64,000 bases of DNA from Rhizodiscina lignyota (taxonomy: Eukaryota). Below are positions 48,567-62,700 of this stretch, piece by piece. The stretch spans positions 248,001 through 312,000 of the forward strand of contig ML978130.1 of the NCBI GenBank assembly GCA_010015805.1, written 5' to 3'. The position numbers and the translations under genes are program-made. The notes under the pieces are model-generated. The model saw only the letters and a program-made list of their open reading frames with translations, searched no databases and was not told the DNA's origin. How positions within the stretch are numbered: the stretch's first letter is position 1; every line of letters begins with the position of its first letter.

Positions 48567-50445
48567 AGAATGTCGGATATTCGGAGTTCCGGAGTTTTAA
48601 GGAACAAGAACGACTCTTGTCAAAAATTCGCAGAAAGGAGGCCCGTCTCCAGTCGTGATGGGTATCCAGAGCAGTTAGCAACTTTCGTGTCGCAGTGTCG
48701 ACAAGCTCAGATGCAAAAAACATGTCCAATGGGACTGTATTATATTATGGGAGACCATCGTACTCGGTACATGATGGTAGAGGATAACGAATGTCGAATT
48801 TTCCGAGTCGGAGAAGGCGATATGGACGGACTCCGCTGATAATCAAATGTAATATTCAGAGCTACTTCGCGTCATGAATGACTCTGTTCAACTTGGCTGT
48901 CCTACCTATTGGAAGATCGAAGTACTTCTACACAGGTAGTCTGTTGCATTCCAGCCTCATGCTTTCAACGCCCAGGTGATGGCTCTTAGAAATAAGCAAT
49001 ACATTCTGCATAGTAGATCTAAGATGATATGAGATGTACTCTTTCCAAAACACGGCGGTGATAAATTGGGTTTGTTAAAGGCAAAGGAAAATTCTCAACG
49101 ACGGAGGGTATCGACGCGTCCTTAGTGCATCCGACGCGTACCAGACGCGTTTGCGCTTCACCTAATACGGTTAGCGTATTTTGTAACCTCACATCTTCCA
49201 CACTTTGCCGCCTCTCCGCAATCATGAGCAGTTGCCTCTCAAAAGAAACCTTTGGATCATGCAGTGCGCTCATTTTAACACGTCGATTCGTACTTGCCGG
49301 GTCTTCCTTGGCATGGCAGCTTCCATCTGAGTAACGGATGGGATGACTGTATATCGGCGCTTTTACTGAACAAAACCGTCCCTGTTAGTTCTTGCAATTG
49401 TTTGTTGAGTATTAATCCTTTGCTGCACACTCTATAATGCTCCTAGCAAAATATGCTGTCTATCAGTGTGCACATTTGGCTGCTCTTTACTCCGGCGGAA
49501 TGTGACAATTCCGTCAAACATTCTTCGTGAGAGCTAACCGCTGACCACAGTATCAAATCGATCTTTTCCCGACTTGCACGACTCTCACTCTTTTTGGCAT
49601 AACCAAGGCCACGCGTACACTTGTCAAAGAGCGTTCCGCTCCTCTAATGTCGAGGATGGTTGGAGGGGTGTCGTCTCCACGCTCGGCCATTACCTGAAGT
49701 GGCGTCCTATTCCACCCCCCGGCAACCACATCCGTAACTACCTCTGTGGAACAGTGTCGTCATCTGGAAAGTTGAAAACCGCGTCGGCGCTTTCCGAGTA
49801 TTGTTAGGTACCAAAGCTGCGTGAGGTATCTGGTACCCGTCTTGCCGGCGCCTCGCCCCGAGGACATGAAACGGTTTCGGCCTCAGCTTGGCCCTGCGCA
49901 CGCACAATACCCGCGTGCAGATCAGTGCAGTCCTCAAGCATTCTGAGTTAGCCAGACATTCTATAACTCACCGAATAGCGTTAGGGCAGGGCCCTAGCTT
50001 CCAAGATCTGCATGGGCATTCAATGGGCTCCCAGAGATTTTATGGAGACCCAGATTCAGCGGCAACCGACAGGGACATTATTTTGAGCCTCCTCGAACTG
50101 TAACAGCAAGTCCTCCACGAGCATGATTCTTAAGATGTTTTGGTTCTGCATGGAAGTATGTCAACTATGAGCAGGTTGCTATTGGTAGTTTGTTCTCCAC
50201 CGTGCTCAGTACTATAGGACACTAAACGACGAAAAGCATTCCTACAGCACAATTGACGACCATCCTGTGCAAGTTGTGAAAGTAAGGCCTGATATATCTT
50301 GCACATTCTCCCGTCGATATGTGGAGTCTCCACTTCTGCCTCCGTTCCTTCCACGACAATCCTCACTGTGCAAGCCATAATCTTTATTTCTCTTACATTC
50401 TTTTCCCTGAGTAGAGCTGTGCTCACTTAGTTAAATATATTCAAA

Positions 50446-51336
50446 ATGAAGTTCACAGTCATAGCTGCCGTGGCCTCTCTAGCCTCTCTCGCGGTTGCGC
50501 GTGCCGTCCCCGGCCTTGCGGACGAGATTGCCGCCGCGCTCCCGCATGCCGTAACGGTAACAGAGAGGCGTGCTATCCAAGATGAGATCGCTGCAGCTCT
50601 ACCACACCCAATCAGCGGGATTATCGATACGGAAGGCAAGGTCCCAGTAGATATGGTCTCACGTCAAACCACCGGTCAAAGTACGACTCCCTCCATTGCG
50701 AATTCTCAAGCATCGATAACTAATTCTTTCGAAAGCCAATGCCGCTGCAAAACAGAAGAAGGCCAAGAATGCGAGGAAGGGTAAAAAGGCGGGCGCCACA
50801 GGCGCTACTGGGGTTGGCGGACCGTCTCCCACAGGAGCGATTGGACCTACGGGAACGACTGGGGCCACAGCGGCGGGCACGACTGGTACTGCTACCAGTG
50901 CCAATGGTGGTAAAAAGAAAGGCAAGGGTAATGGGAATGGAAACAAAGCAGGCGGAACAGCAGCTGGAGCAGCAGCCCCTACGGGTGCCGCGGGAGCTAC
51001 AGGAGCGACAGGCGCAAATGGGGCTACTGGCGCCACTGGAGGTTCTGGGACAACAGCACAGGGTCAGGCAGCACAGCAAGGAGGACTTGCTGCTCTCCTC
51101 AGTGGTGCAACAGGCCAAGGCCAGACTGGCGCGACCGGACAACAAGCTGCTGCTCTCGCAGCTCTTCTTAGCGATCTGGAAGGTGCTGCCGGTACAACGA
51201 GCGCGACGGGAGCGACAGGCCAGGCAGGCCAGCAAGGTGCTGCCGGTAGTCTTGGTGCTCTGGGAGGTATGCTATCCACTCAATCAAACCCGTCGCTCGA
51301 TTTTTGGCTAATATTATGATAGCTCTCACCAATTAG
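50446..51336 (+). CDS. Secreted Gly/Ala/Thr-rich collagen-like protein (introns 50681-50735, 51267-51322)
   Basis: Signal peptide [18 protein letters not shown]. Spliced exon 2 encodes GATGAT/GPT Gly-X-Y runs and Lys-rich patches. Confidence 0.8.
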
Positions 51337-52066
51337 ATAATGAGTCATACGATCAGTGCACACTTCGCTATACTTTGCATCCGAGATACAGGCTCCCACA
51401 GTTGAGTGTGGAGCTATTAGCGCGGTCGACCGGAAATTCTCCCGTCTTGACTAGAGTAATACTATAAATATTATTGCGCGCATACCTCGCATCAATGAAG
51501 CTTTCATGTGCACCGGTGGTGTTTGTCTCTGAGCCTTTCAACAATGTACGACCTCGATATAAAGAGTATGACTACACGTACTTAACATAACTACCTCCGT
51601 CCAGACGGATTGCTTATTCAAGGAACCTCGATCGGGCTCCGTGCCATTATCCTACTGATTGCTTCCACGTGACCTTGTGGTCGATCTGATCTTCACCTCG
51701 CTAATTCTTGGCTCCCCCGTACTCCACAAGGTCAGCTTGACTTCAGCCACTATCGTAAAGGGATGTCTCCGTCTCCGTTCCATTTCCGTTTCCTGGTTCA
51801 CTCTCTCACGTTCTCCACGTTGTCAAAACTATGTCCAGTCACTAATCAGCGTTGCAGGTTCTGTTGCAGGCGTTGGGTCTTTTTGTGGTGGCAGCATTCG
51901 TCTATATTCGTCGTAGAAGGTCAACTTGAGGCAGAGGTTCTCCCCGTTCTGCGGACTTCCAGTACGATCCATTTAAGCTATAGATGACAATACGATAGCA
52001 GTCATTTATGGAGGGAATCACAATCAAATATATTTGAGTACTCAACAATGCTGTACAATGTTGTAT

Positions 52067-54022
52067 TCAAGCCGTCGTCGAAGATTTCGCATCCATCTCT
52101 GTCAACTCCTTCCCCTCCTTTGCAATATCCCCCTCATGATGCAGCGTCGCAGCCACCTGTCCCGTCATCAGATGATCCGTATTCGGCGCGAACCACGTCA
52201 GAATCACAGCAATCGCCGAGAACGCAATGGTGCTTAGATACACAGTCCTATATGCGTCCGCATTCGCCTGCTTGTACGCACTTATGCCGGTGGCAATGAT
52301 CGTGGAATTCGCTCCTTGTACGCTGGCAAACGCGTCCGGGGTGCCAACGGTAATAGCCTGGAGGAACGGCGCCACTGAGTTAGCTGGGAGGCCTGCGTTA
52401 ACCAAAGCTGGAGGCACCTCATCCCCGATCGTGGTGGTAAGACGATTTGTAAGGATTGAGATGTAGACTGCCTGAAGGATGGAGGATATGATAGATCTCA
52501 CAGCGCCTGCCAAACCTCCAGCAACACCAATCTCGCGTTGATCATGGACCAGGATCGCCGCGTTGCTGAGGCAGATACTCTCGTTCCAGCCAATGAACAC
52601 ACAGCCGATATAGATTAGCGCGATCTGTGTCGCCTTATTATCGGGTGTGACAGTCGCGGCACAAGCGAGGAATATACCACCGACGGTGAACACAAACATG
52701 CATTGATATCTCGTCTTGCCGATCGATCGAGCCAGGAGTCCTGCGGATATCTGGCCTGTGATGAAGCCGATGCCAACCAGAACGGAGATGTATCCCACGT
52801 ACATCGGATCGCTGTTCGCATACAGTACTGCGCACTGAGTTGGCCACACGACTGCGAATGCATAGTAGACTCCTGCCCCAAGACCCAAGAGGAGGATGGT
52901 TGCGGACCAGCGACCGTTGAGGAAGAGACGCATTCTGCGGCTATTAATCGGCTGTGTATAACACGCTGAGATACGATGAATACGTACGGCATGAGCGGTT
53001 GTTTTGAGGGCCCATATATCTCCCAGAGTACGAACAGAACTATCACAAAGAAGCCAACAACAATCGCAGCAATCACCGCAGCGGATTTCCACGGATACAC
53101 ACCGCCGCCCCATGAAAGCCCTATTTACGTTAGCAATGACAGGCGAATACGGTGAGACGACCTTACCGAGTAGAAAGACGACAAATCCTGAGGCGAACAA
53201 GAACGTCCCAACATAGTCAAAGTTCTTAACCCAGTACATCTTACTATCAATATCCTGCTTATGTTTCTGCTCGAACGTCGGAGGAAAATAAAAGAGCACC
53301 CAGCAAATGAGTGCCGCACCGTTAATCGCAAGCAGGAACCAATAAACGCCCCTCCAACCAATAGAATACCTAGTGACAAACGCATACGCAATCGCCGGTC
53401 CGAAGCCACTACCCGCAATACTCCAAGGATAAATAAAGCCGCTTCCAAGGTACCGATATTTCATCGGTAGTAATTCCTGCAGCACATACGAGAAGCTCAG
53501 CTGGAATGCCGACGCGGAGCCGAGAAAGACATTCCCGCCGACCAAAACGAGGATGCTAGAGGCTGTTGCGCACACAATGCTTCCAATCATCGCGAGCACA
53601 GCCCCAAGAATCATGAGATACCGGCGGCCGAAGATATCACCCAGGCGTCCAATGATTGGGAACCACACCGCTGAGCACACGGTGTAAACCAGCGAGATCC
53701 AGGCATAGCGGTCGTCGGGTCCAATATCAGCGTTTATCTGCGCGAGGATTGGTGCGGCATACGCGCTGCGATGTTGTTCAGTAGAATGTACATGTCACAG
53801 GAGAAAGAGTACATACAACGCAGCCGTGCCAGCCCAGAGCCCAAACCCGATGGCCGCGAATGAGCCGACGAAGTAGCGTGAGTGATAGTAGCCTTTCGGC
53901 AGCGCTGTTTCGTCGATTTCGAACCCGGTCACTTCTGCGCTGTCGTCGACATTTGGTGGAGTAGGCTCGTGATGGTGCTCGGCTTGATATATCTCAGAGT
54001 CCTTGGCGTCCAACGTAGCCAT
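52067..54022 (-). CDS. MFS efflux transporter, Tri12-like
   Basis: LPKGYYHS, GRLGDIFGRR, IGWRGVYW, FDYVG, YPWKSA and AYRTVYL motifs; multiple TM segments; about 3 introns. Confidence 0.9.
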
Positions 54023-54835
54023 TTTGCATATCTGTTTTGGTCAATCTCTTCCAAGAATCGAATATTTAATGAATTTCAAACTGGAGGGGAAACCCATGGA
54101 TCAGCGGAACATTTAAGCAGAATGTAGATCATGGAAATGATCTCCGTCGGCTCAAAGGCGTTACTATAATAAGTCTAGCAGCATTGTGCGGTGGGCGCGT
54201 GGTTCCAGACAAACGGAGGGTTTGATGGTAGTGAGGAGATGCACAGGCGGGTAATGATATCCACCAAAATCTCCCCACATTGGGTAAAGCAAAGTTAATT
54301 AGAAAATCGGAAATGATAAACAAGAAATGCTTAGCAGTGACTGTTCAGAGTGAAAACCAACAGTTAATGATAGACGTTGGCGCTGCATGCTGCGAGGGCG
54401 CAATGGGCTCCTGAAGCGGGCGAGAGGTGAAGCTGCTTGCTAGAACGGTTCATGGCCCTAGCGCACAACCGAACCCTTGGGCCCCAAATGCAGGAACAGG
54501 CATCATGCTGGAAACTGTGAACTGATGGATGACGATTGGGAACGTTTGTCAGTAGTAAGTATGTCATTCATCCCTTTGTAGTCTGACGAATCCCTCCTAT
54601 GTCAGGTCGAAGTGTCCCAGGACACTTCAGTCATACGACAAGTACTTGCAGGTCAGTCTGCAGTCGTGCCGAGAGCCCACTATCTAGCTCAACCGGAAAT
54701 TCGATCTTCAGTCGCAATTGCCATATGTCCTCCCCAGACCGGCTCTAGCCCTCTGCATCCAGGATGCTTAGAATTTTCGAAAACAAGCCCTTGCATTTGT
54801 AAAGTAGCACCGGCTCAATATTCAGGGTAATAACT

Positions 54836-55763
54836 TCATTCCCCACTTACATTGCCATTCATCTCCACCTGCATGTTATCGCCTTCGCTCGAGTGCGGCT
54901 CCGAGTTCGTAGCATCTCCGCCAGGAGTGGCGGCGATGACCTTGCCGTTCTCGTCCACATATTCGAAGCGATACTTCGAGAGAAGATGAGGAATTGAGGA
55001 TAGCTGAGGACCGTAGCGCGCGGTGTTGTCGAAGAGCTCGAAGATGGGCACAGCGAGCAGCTTCATGTTCTTCGGAACGCTCAGGACCTCTGTGGAATGT
55101 CAGCCATGATTCCACTTTTAGCGGACAGATTTGAAGAGGATAAATTGTGACGTACTGCTCCGCGGAAGATGAATCAGGTACAGCTTCTTGCACTCCTTCG
55201 GGCGCGTGATGTGCGGTGGGATGTACGGGTACATGAAGGTCTCGAAGTTGGGGCGCCACCACTGAGCGAGCGTGTCACCGATCTGCCACTCATCGTTCAC
55301 GCCCTCACCGCTGAACTGCGTGCCGACTGGAGCCAGTCTCTCGTTCAGGCGCGCCTTGAAGCCTTCGATCTCGTCGTCCTCGGGGAGGAGGTAGTCACCG
55401 GGCCTGTATATGATTCGTATCAGGGTTTTGCATATGAGTTTAGAGAGATTACAATTTGAAATAGGCGGACAATTTGAAGAAGGCATTCGCGATCTGAAGC
55501 ATGAGGATATGAGGCGTCTTATGCTCATGGCACAGCAAGATGCCCTCGCAAGTCCTGCGCATGCCATGTTCCTTGTAGTGCTTCTCTAGGCGCTCTAGTC
55601 GAGAAGATACGGACGGGTCTTCTTCTGGCTGAGCATCTTTCGTGCCGAACGTATAGTTGCTAAGAGGGTAGAGGCGGATGGTCTTGGGCTGGTTGGCGTC
55701 GAAAGGCTTGGGGATGATCGGAGGATAGGAGGATTGGGTCGATCCTTGCGGTATTGTCGACAT
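54836..55763 (-). CDS. NUDT21: Cleavage factor Im 25 kDa subunit (CPSF5/NUDT21)
   Basis: LYPLSNYTFGTK, HILMLQIANAFFKL|PG, WWRPNFET, PKECKKL and PIFELFDNTARYGP. Confidence 0.95.
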
Positions 55764-56386
55764 GGCTTCGACCCGATTTTGTAGAATCGGATAAAGTTGG
55801 TCGAAGTGCGCGTGGGGATGTAGAAGGAAGGAGATTCCAGCGTATTGTTTTTGTTTGCGCCGCGAGGTTGCCTGACCTCAAGCTCTCCGCGGCACTTTTT
55901 GATATGGCACAAATGCGACAACAGTCCTCCGTAGACAACGCTTTTCCTATTAGAGCAGGTACATATAGGCTCTATTCCAAGCACGCGCCAGGGGTGCTTC
56001 AGCGAAGTCAACGAATCGATGTTTCGACAATTCTTGCTCTAATTTGCGTTGGAAGTGCCAAGTCCGGCGTCCTTGCCATCATGCCCAGCCGCAATTTGAC
56101 ATCAATGCTTTGAGCATTCGGTTTTCGCGACCAACTTCAGCTCGAAGCTGAGGCACAAAGTAGCGTACCAGTAATGGCACTGAATGCGATACCCGCTTAT
56201 GTAGCGCTTATGACGATCGATTTGAGATGCTTTATCGCATGCGCGCGCAGAAATAGGTTAGGCTGTGGCACTTGGTTCGATATACCTTCTTATATGAGCT
56301 TGCCTCCGCAGAATTCGTGTCCTTAGCTCGAACGTTTTATTTTCATCTCCTTCGACTCTTACTTCGCCAATGTCATCTTCTCTGAA

Positions 56387-57937
56387 ATGGCGTCTCCCTT
56401 CTTGCAGCCCGTCGTCACTGTCCTAGTCGCAGCTGTTCTCTCGTACATTTTCTATCAACGCACGCAGCATCGACTCGCTCGCTTTCCAGGACCATTGCTG
56501 GCATCCATAACTGGTTTTTGGCGATCTTACCATGAGATAATAGGCGACCTCCCGCAGACTATCGACTATTTACATTTTCATCATGGCCCCTCTGTGCGTG
56601 TTGCGCCCGACGAAGTTGATACGGTGCATCCGGATTTCGTAGACGTGGTCTTAAAGGGTGGGCGGCGCTTCACGAAGAGCAACTTTTACGATGGATTTAA
56701 AGAAAACAGAGAGAATTTGTTCATCACACGCGATGAGGATTTCCATGCAAAGAGAAGCCGGCAGGTCGCTAATACCTTCTCAAGCGCCACCTTCACAAAG
56801 ATGGGATCTCTTTTCGATCGACACGCCAGTAACTTGATCGGGCTGCTTGATCGTCTAGTGGATGAGAACAAGGCGTTTGATTTGAAGAGTGTTTTTAATT
56901 TATATGTCAGAGATGTGAATGGCGAGCTATTTTTCGGACGGAACCTTCGTCTGCAAGAGCAAGGAGATGTGAAAGCACTGACTCCGGTGAACACCTGGAT
57001 TATTCTTGCGAAGATCTGCGGGTATGTCCCGGGGTTACTGAGCCCCTTGATGGCCTGTGGTCCATATTTACCGATTGTGGGCGACTTGATTAAGCAAAGA
57101 GAGAGTCTTGTGGAGGATGGTTTCAAGTACTCGAAAGCGGAGTTTGAAAGACTGAGAGCCAGTGGAGCTGCGGCAGCCTCCGAGGACAGTAATACAAAGC
57201 CGAGTCTATTATCAACTTTGACAACTGCCAAGGATCCTGAGACTGGAGAAAAGCTCACACTCGAGGAAGTGGTCAGCGAGTGCATGTCCTTCGTTGCTGC
57301 TGGAAGTCATTCCACGGCATCATCTCTCAGTTTCCTGTTTGTACTCATGCTCGAGCACCCTGAAGTATTAAAGAAGGCGCAAGAAGAAGTATTGCGGGAT
57401 GCGCAAACAACAAATCCAGACTCTGGCGACACAAAACCAAGTCGATTCGAGGACCTCGACGCAAGATTTCCATACCTTAGCGCAACCATCAAAGAGACGT
57501 TTCGCTTGTGCCCGACAGTCAACAATCCCCTTGCTCGAGACGTACCGGATGACGGCACTGCAACGATCATTAGCGACCTTCAGGCTCCTCCAGGTTCAAT
57601 CATCAGCGCTACTGCGTATGCGCTGCATCGAAATCCCGCAATCTGGGGCGACGACGCCGAAGTCTTCAGACCAGAGCGATGGCTCTCTGAAGATGGTCAG
57701 CAAAAGGAAAGATATCTGATTCATTTTGGACAAGGTCACAGAAGATGTATTGGAGTCAACATAGCAATGACTACACTGTGGAAAGCAGCAGTCGCAATTC
57801 TGCAGCGATACGAGGTAACATTTATTGGTGCGGATGGGAAGGCGAAGCGACTTGGGGGCTTCAAGCTGAATGCGAGAGGATTTGCCGAGATCGCGGGATC
57901 ATTGAGAGTGAAGGTAAAGAGAAGGACTAAGAATTAA
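56387..57937 (+). CDS. Cytochrome P450, intronless
   Basis: N-terminal TM, FPGP, AAGSHST, ETFR, PERW and FGQGHRRCIG. Confidence 0.95.
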   Translation: MASPFLQPVVTVLVAAVLSYIFYQRTQHRLARFPGPLLASITGFWRSYHEIIGDLPQTIDYLHFHHGPSVRVAPDEVDTVHPDFVDVVLKGGRRFTKSNFYDGFKENRENLFITRDEDFHAKRSRQVANTFSSATFTKMGSLFDRHASNLIGLLDRLVDENKAFDLKSVFNLYVRDVNGELFFGRNLRLQEQGDVKALTPVNTWIILAKICGYVPGLLSPLMACGPYLPIVGDLIKQRESLVEDGFKYSKAEFERLRASGAAAASEDSNTKPSLLSTLTTAKDPETGEKLTLEEVVSECMSFVAAGSHSTASSLSFLFVLMLEHPEVLKKAQEEVLRDAQTTNPDSGDTKPSRFEDLDARFPYLSATIKETFRLCPTVNNPLARDVPDDGTATIISDLQAPPGSIISATAYALHRNPAIWGDDAEVFRPERWLSEDGQQKERYLIHFGQGHRRCIGVNIAMTTLWKAAVAILQRYEVTFIGADGKAKRLGGFKLNARGFAEIAGSLRVKVKRRTKN

Positions 57938-58617
57938 TCCACGTTTTGTCTGGCGCAGGCGGTGAAGAATACCTGCGCAATGGAATGATCCCTCGGCGAG
58001 CAGGAAAGACCTTAATGCCGTTTGTCAAGAGCATGGGAAACAATTGATTTACATCCACAGTGTGACTGGGTGCAGAATATTAGCAACCTATTTCTCTGAA
58101 TCTTCGCAAGCCAGCGTAGTGTGTGCACATCCCAACTCTAATGTAATGCACGCTCGGCTGCCCACGGCGAAAAGAACACTTGGGTGAAGGGAGATAGAAA
58201 ATACAGCGTCCGCGTATAGCGTGCTCCGGGCTGAGCTCACTCTTAGAGTAAGTTTGTGAATTTTTACAAGTTGGCACGCGGCGCCTGAGCAGAACCCAGG
58301 ACTAATCGAACGTGTGCTCGTTCACCTCTGCGTCGAAAAGGAGAAAATAGAAGCCATGGCAGTGCTCGGGCGGTTGTGCAATGCTCAGAGCTAAAAGGTG
58401 TGTGTTTATATAATTTAGTGCAATGTGTGTGAAATAGTTCCGCGTCTAATCGAACATACAATCCATTGATGAGCGAAGCGTCGCCTTTCGCCTGTGAGAT
58501 TCTGAGATATCCGATACGGGCATCTGCAAGCACATGTCTCTCCCAACTCCGAGCCATTCGCGCTGGGCGTAATTGACAGAATGCAAGACTCGCGGCAGAA
58601 CTCTTTCATTGAGCGAT

Positions 58618-59128
58618 TCAGCCAACCTTCTCGCCATTCTCGATGACCATGTACTCATCGCCAACCATCATCTTCATCTGACCCTCGTCCATAAAGTTGT
58701 CGTGGTCACCTGTTAGGGCCTTGGAGTCTTTATCGTATAGGAACTTGGCAAAGGAGAGGTAGTCTGGAAAGACAAAGGTACAGATGGCGTCATAAGGCAG
58801 CAGATTTGCCTTGCCCTTCAGGATGTCTTGCATAATAGTGCGGTCTCTCGCCAAGTGGTACGTCTGCTTACCTTAGTGGTCAAGATGTGATCTTCAGGGG
58901 CAATCTGCACACGCTTCAAAGTCGGTGTGATTGGGCACGCGATCATACCAGACTGTATGTGATGATCTTGTGTCGCTGGAGCACAGGCGCCGCGAGCTGG
59001 GCGTGCACATTGTTGTAGTGCTTGATAAAGTCGTCGTCGGAGATGCCGTCCTTCTTCTTGACCATAACCGTGACCTTGACGACCTTCCGGAAGCCGGTAG
59101 TGTTCGGATAGCCTGCCTCGAGCACCAT
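58618..59128 (-). CDS. EthD-domain protein (2 exons)
   Basis: KKKDGISDDDFIKHYNNVHAQL, YDAICTFVFPD and DHDNFMD. Confidence 0.85.
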
Positions 59129-59790
59129 TGTAAGAGATAAGCGGGTGTCCAGGATTGAAGGACGGAGGCTGGTGTAGCAAATGAGGCTGAAAAGAGATAC
59201 CCATGTTGCGCGCCATCAGGGTCGCGGCCATTCGCTCTTTGCCGAAGCCGGCAGTGCACCACCGAGCAAATGCATCTTACCATGGCGAATCCCCCAGACG
59301 CAGTCCCAAGCTCCATTTTCTCGTGCACACAGCTTTCTTACTCTCCTCGAGCTCGCTTCGTCGTAACACTTCTGAATATTGTCTCTAGCGCTCGTTGTCC
59401 GTTCTCAATCGCTCGCTAGCTGCTGCTCCAACGCAGCTGGATGCGGAGACCAGTAATATTGTTCTCACTAACCTCTGCATGAGAAGAGCTCAGACGACAC
59501 TGCCAACACTCTCAAAATTTCTAGAGCAGGCCATTGCCGCCACCTCTATTTGTCAAGGAAGTCACGAGCTAAAATTTGGTTGCAAGAGTGGCGACGTGGT
59601 TACACGAATCTCAAGGCTCCATTGCTGTCGACGCATTCATTGTCTGCCACATCAGCGACTAATCACCCTCGCCTCCCACCCTCGCATGAGCACAAAATAC
59701 AACAGTGCTCTTCCGCTCCGCGGCTCTTCCTTCCCTCTTTCTCGATCGCTCTCCGCGAACAAACGTCAAAACGAGCACTCGACTACCGAC

Positions 59791-62700
59791 ATGGTAGACA
59801 TCCCAATCTCCAACGACGCCCCCGGGGGCGTGGGAGCAGAGCTGCTGGCGGACCACATGGAACGGCCTGCTCTCGACACCCGCAAATACCGCGTCGTAAA
59901 GCTGCCGAACCAGCTAGAGGCGTTACTTATACACGATGAGGATACGGACAAAGCGAGCGCATCGCTCGATGTCAACGTAGGCAGCTTCAGCGACAAAGAT
60001 GACATGCCGGGCATTGCGCATGCGGTGGAGCATTTGCTCTTCATGGGGACGGAAAAGTACCCAAAAGAGAACGCATACAATCAGTACCTTACAGCGCACT
60101 CTGGATCATCGAATGCCTTCACCGCCTCTACAGAGACGGTCTACTATTTTGAAGTGGCCGCATCAAATACTCCGAATAACAGTCGAAGCACATCCAGGGC
60201 TACAAGCAAGCAAGCTTCGCAAGTCTCACTACCAATAGAAAAGACAGAGGCCCCCTTGTACGGCGCTTTAGATCGCTTCGCTCAGTTCTTCGTTGCGCCG
60301 CTGTTCTTGGAAGAGACCTTGGACCGAGAGCTTAAGGCAGTGGATTCCGAGAACAAGAAGAATTTGCAGAACGACACATGGCGATTGCACCAGCTCAACA
60401 AGACCCTCTCAAATCCGAAGCACCCGTATCATCATTTCTCGACTGGCAGCTACAAAACCCTCCATGATGAGCCACTTAAGCGGGGCGTCAAAATTCGCGA
60501 TGAGTTCATCCACTTCTATGATACGCACTACTCCGCGAACCGCATGAAACTTGTTGTGCTCGGCCGGGAGAGTCTAGATGAGCTTCAAAACTGGGTAGAG
60601 GAGTTGTTCTCCGAAGTCAAGAATAAGGATCTCCCGCGCAATCGTTGGGATGACATCTCGCCTTATACGGACAATGAGCTCGGTACCATGGTATTCGCAA
60701 AGCCAGTCTACGAAATGCGGCTTCTCGATCTTTACTTTCCATATCCTGACGAAGAACTTCTGTACGAATCGCAGCCGTCCAGATACATTGGCCATTTACT
60801 TGGCCACGAGGGACCTGGGAGTATTCTGGCATACACCAAGGCGAAAGGATGGGCGAATGCGCTTGGCGCAGGTCCGGTGAACCCTTGCCCAGGATCAGCC
60901 TTCTTCAGCGTTTCGATTCGTCTAACAGAAGAGGGACTGAAGCATTATCAGGAAATCCTAAAAGTGCTATTTCAGTACATTTCCCTGCTTCGAGAGCAGC
61001 CGCCACAAGCATGGGTGTTTGAAGAAATGAAGACAATGGCTCAAGTCAATTTCAGATTTAGACAAAAGACCCCTGCAAGCAAGACTACAAATGGCCTCAG
61101 CCAGATCATGCAGAAGCCATATCCAAGAGATTGGCTTCTGAGCGGCCCAAGCTTACTGCGAAAGTTCGATCCAGATGCCATCACAAAAGGCCTCAGCTAT
61201 TTGAGACCTGACAACTTCCGCATCACAATCGTCAGCCAAGATTATCCTGGGGATTGGGACCAGAAGGAGAAATGGTACGGAACGCAGTACAAGGTTGACC
61301 AAATACCATCGGACACTCTTAAGAGCTTGCAAGAAGCGTATGCCTCAACGCCGGCTTCTCGACCTGCAGAGCTTCATCTTCCAGAAAAGAACGACTTTAT
61401 CCCAAGCAGGTTGGAAGTGGAAAAGAAAGACGTTGATGAGCCACTCGTCGCACCCAAGTTGATCCGCAATGATGACAGCGTCCGGACATGGTGGAAGAAA
61501 GACGATCAATTCTGGGTTCCCAAGGCATTCCTCCACATCACCTTGCGCACACCAATTCCACACATCACACCGCGTTGCGCAGTCATCGCCCAAATGTACG
61601 GCGAACTAGTACAAGACGAGCTCAACGAGTATTCCTATGCTGCTGAGATTGCGGGATTGGAATACAGCCTCTCCACACGCTCAGTCGGTATCGACCTTAG
61701 CATTGCCGGTTACAACGACAAGATGCACGTACTGCTCGATAAGGTGCTCCTCTGCATGAGAGACCTCAACGTGCGCGAAGACCGCTTCAACATCAACAAG
61801 GAACGCCTGCAGCGCAACTACCGCAACTGGGAGTTTCAGCAACCGTACCAACAGGTCAACTCATTCACGCGCTGGTTGAATAGCGAGCGCGGCTGGACCA
61901 ACGAGGAGTATGCTGCAGAGCTGCCGCATGTAACTGCGGATGACGTACGGACGTTCAAGCCACAGATGCTACAACAGTGCCACATTGAACTGCTCGCACA
62001 CGGCAATCTGTACAAGGAGGACGCGCTGAATTTCACAAAGCTGGTGGAGAGGACGCTACGTCCGCGTACACTGCCACCCAGTCAATGGCCTGTCAGGCGA
62101 AGCTTGATCTTCCCACCCGGATGCAACTACGTGTATGAGCGCACGCTCAGGGATCCGGCAAATATTAACCACTGCATCGAGTATACGCTGTACATCGGAC
62201 AAACCACAGACCGCGCGCTGTGCGCGAGGCTGCTTCTCTTCTCGCAGTGCACCGACGAGCCAGCGTTCAACGTGCTCCGGACAAATGAGCAGCTCGGATA
62301 CGTGGTCTTCAGCGGTACTAGCGTCAACAATACGTGGATGGGGTACCGCATCCTGGTGCAGAGCGAGAAGAACCCTGAATTCCTGGAACAGCGGATCGAC
62401 GCGTTCTTGGAGGGCTTCGGCAAGACGCTGGTCGAGATGACGGAGGCGCAGTTCGAGAAGTTGAAAATAAGTCTCATCACCAGGCGGCTGGAGAAGCTGA
62501 AGAACCTAGGGCAGGAGATGGTCAGGTTTGCGGGTCACATCATAAGCGAGAGATATGATTTCGAGCAAGGTTCGTATATTTAATATTCCTTCATGCGAGA
62601 GACTGATTACACCTCCCAGTGGATCACGACGTTGCGAATCTCCAACCCCTTACTCTCGCCGACATCAGGGCATTTTACGACCACTACATCGCCCCCACGT

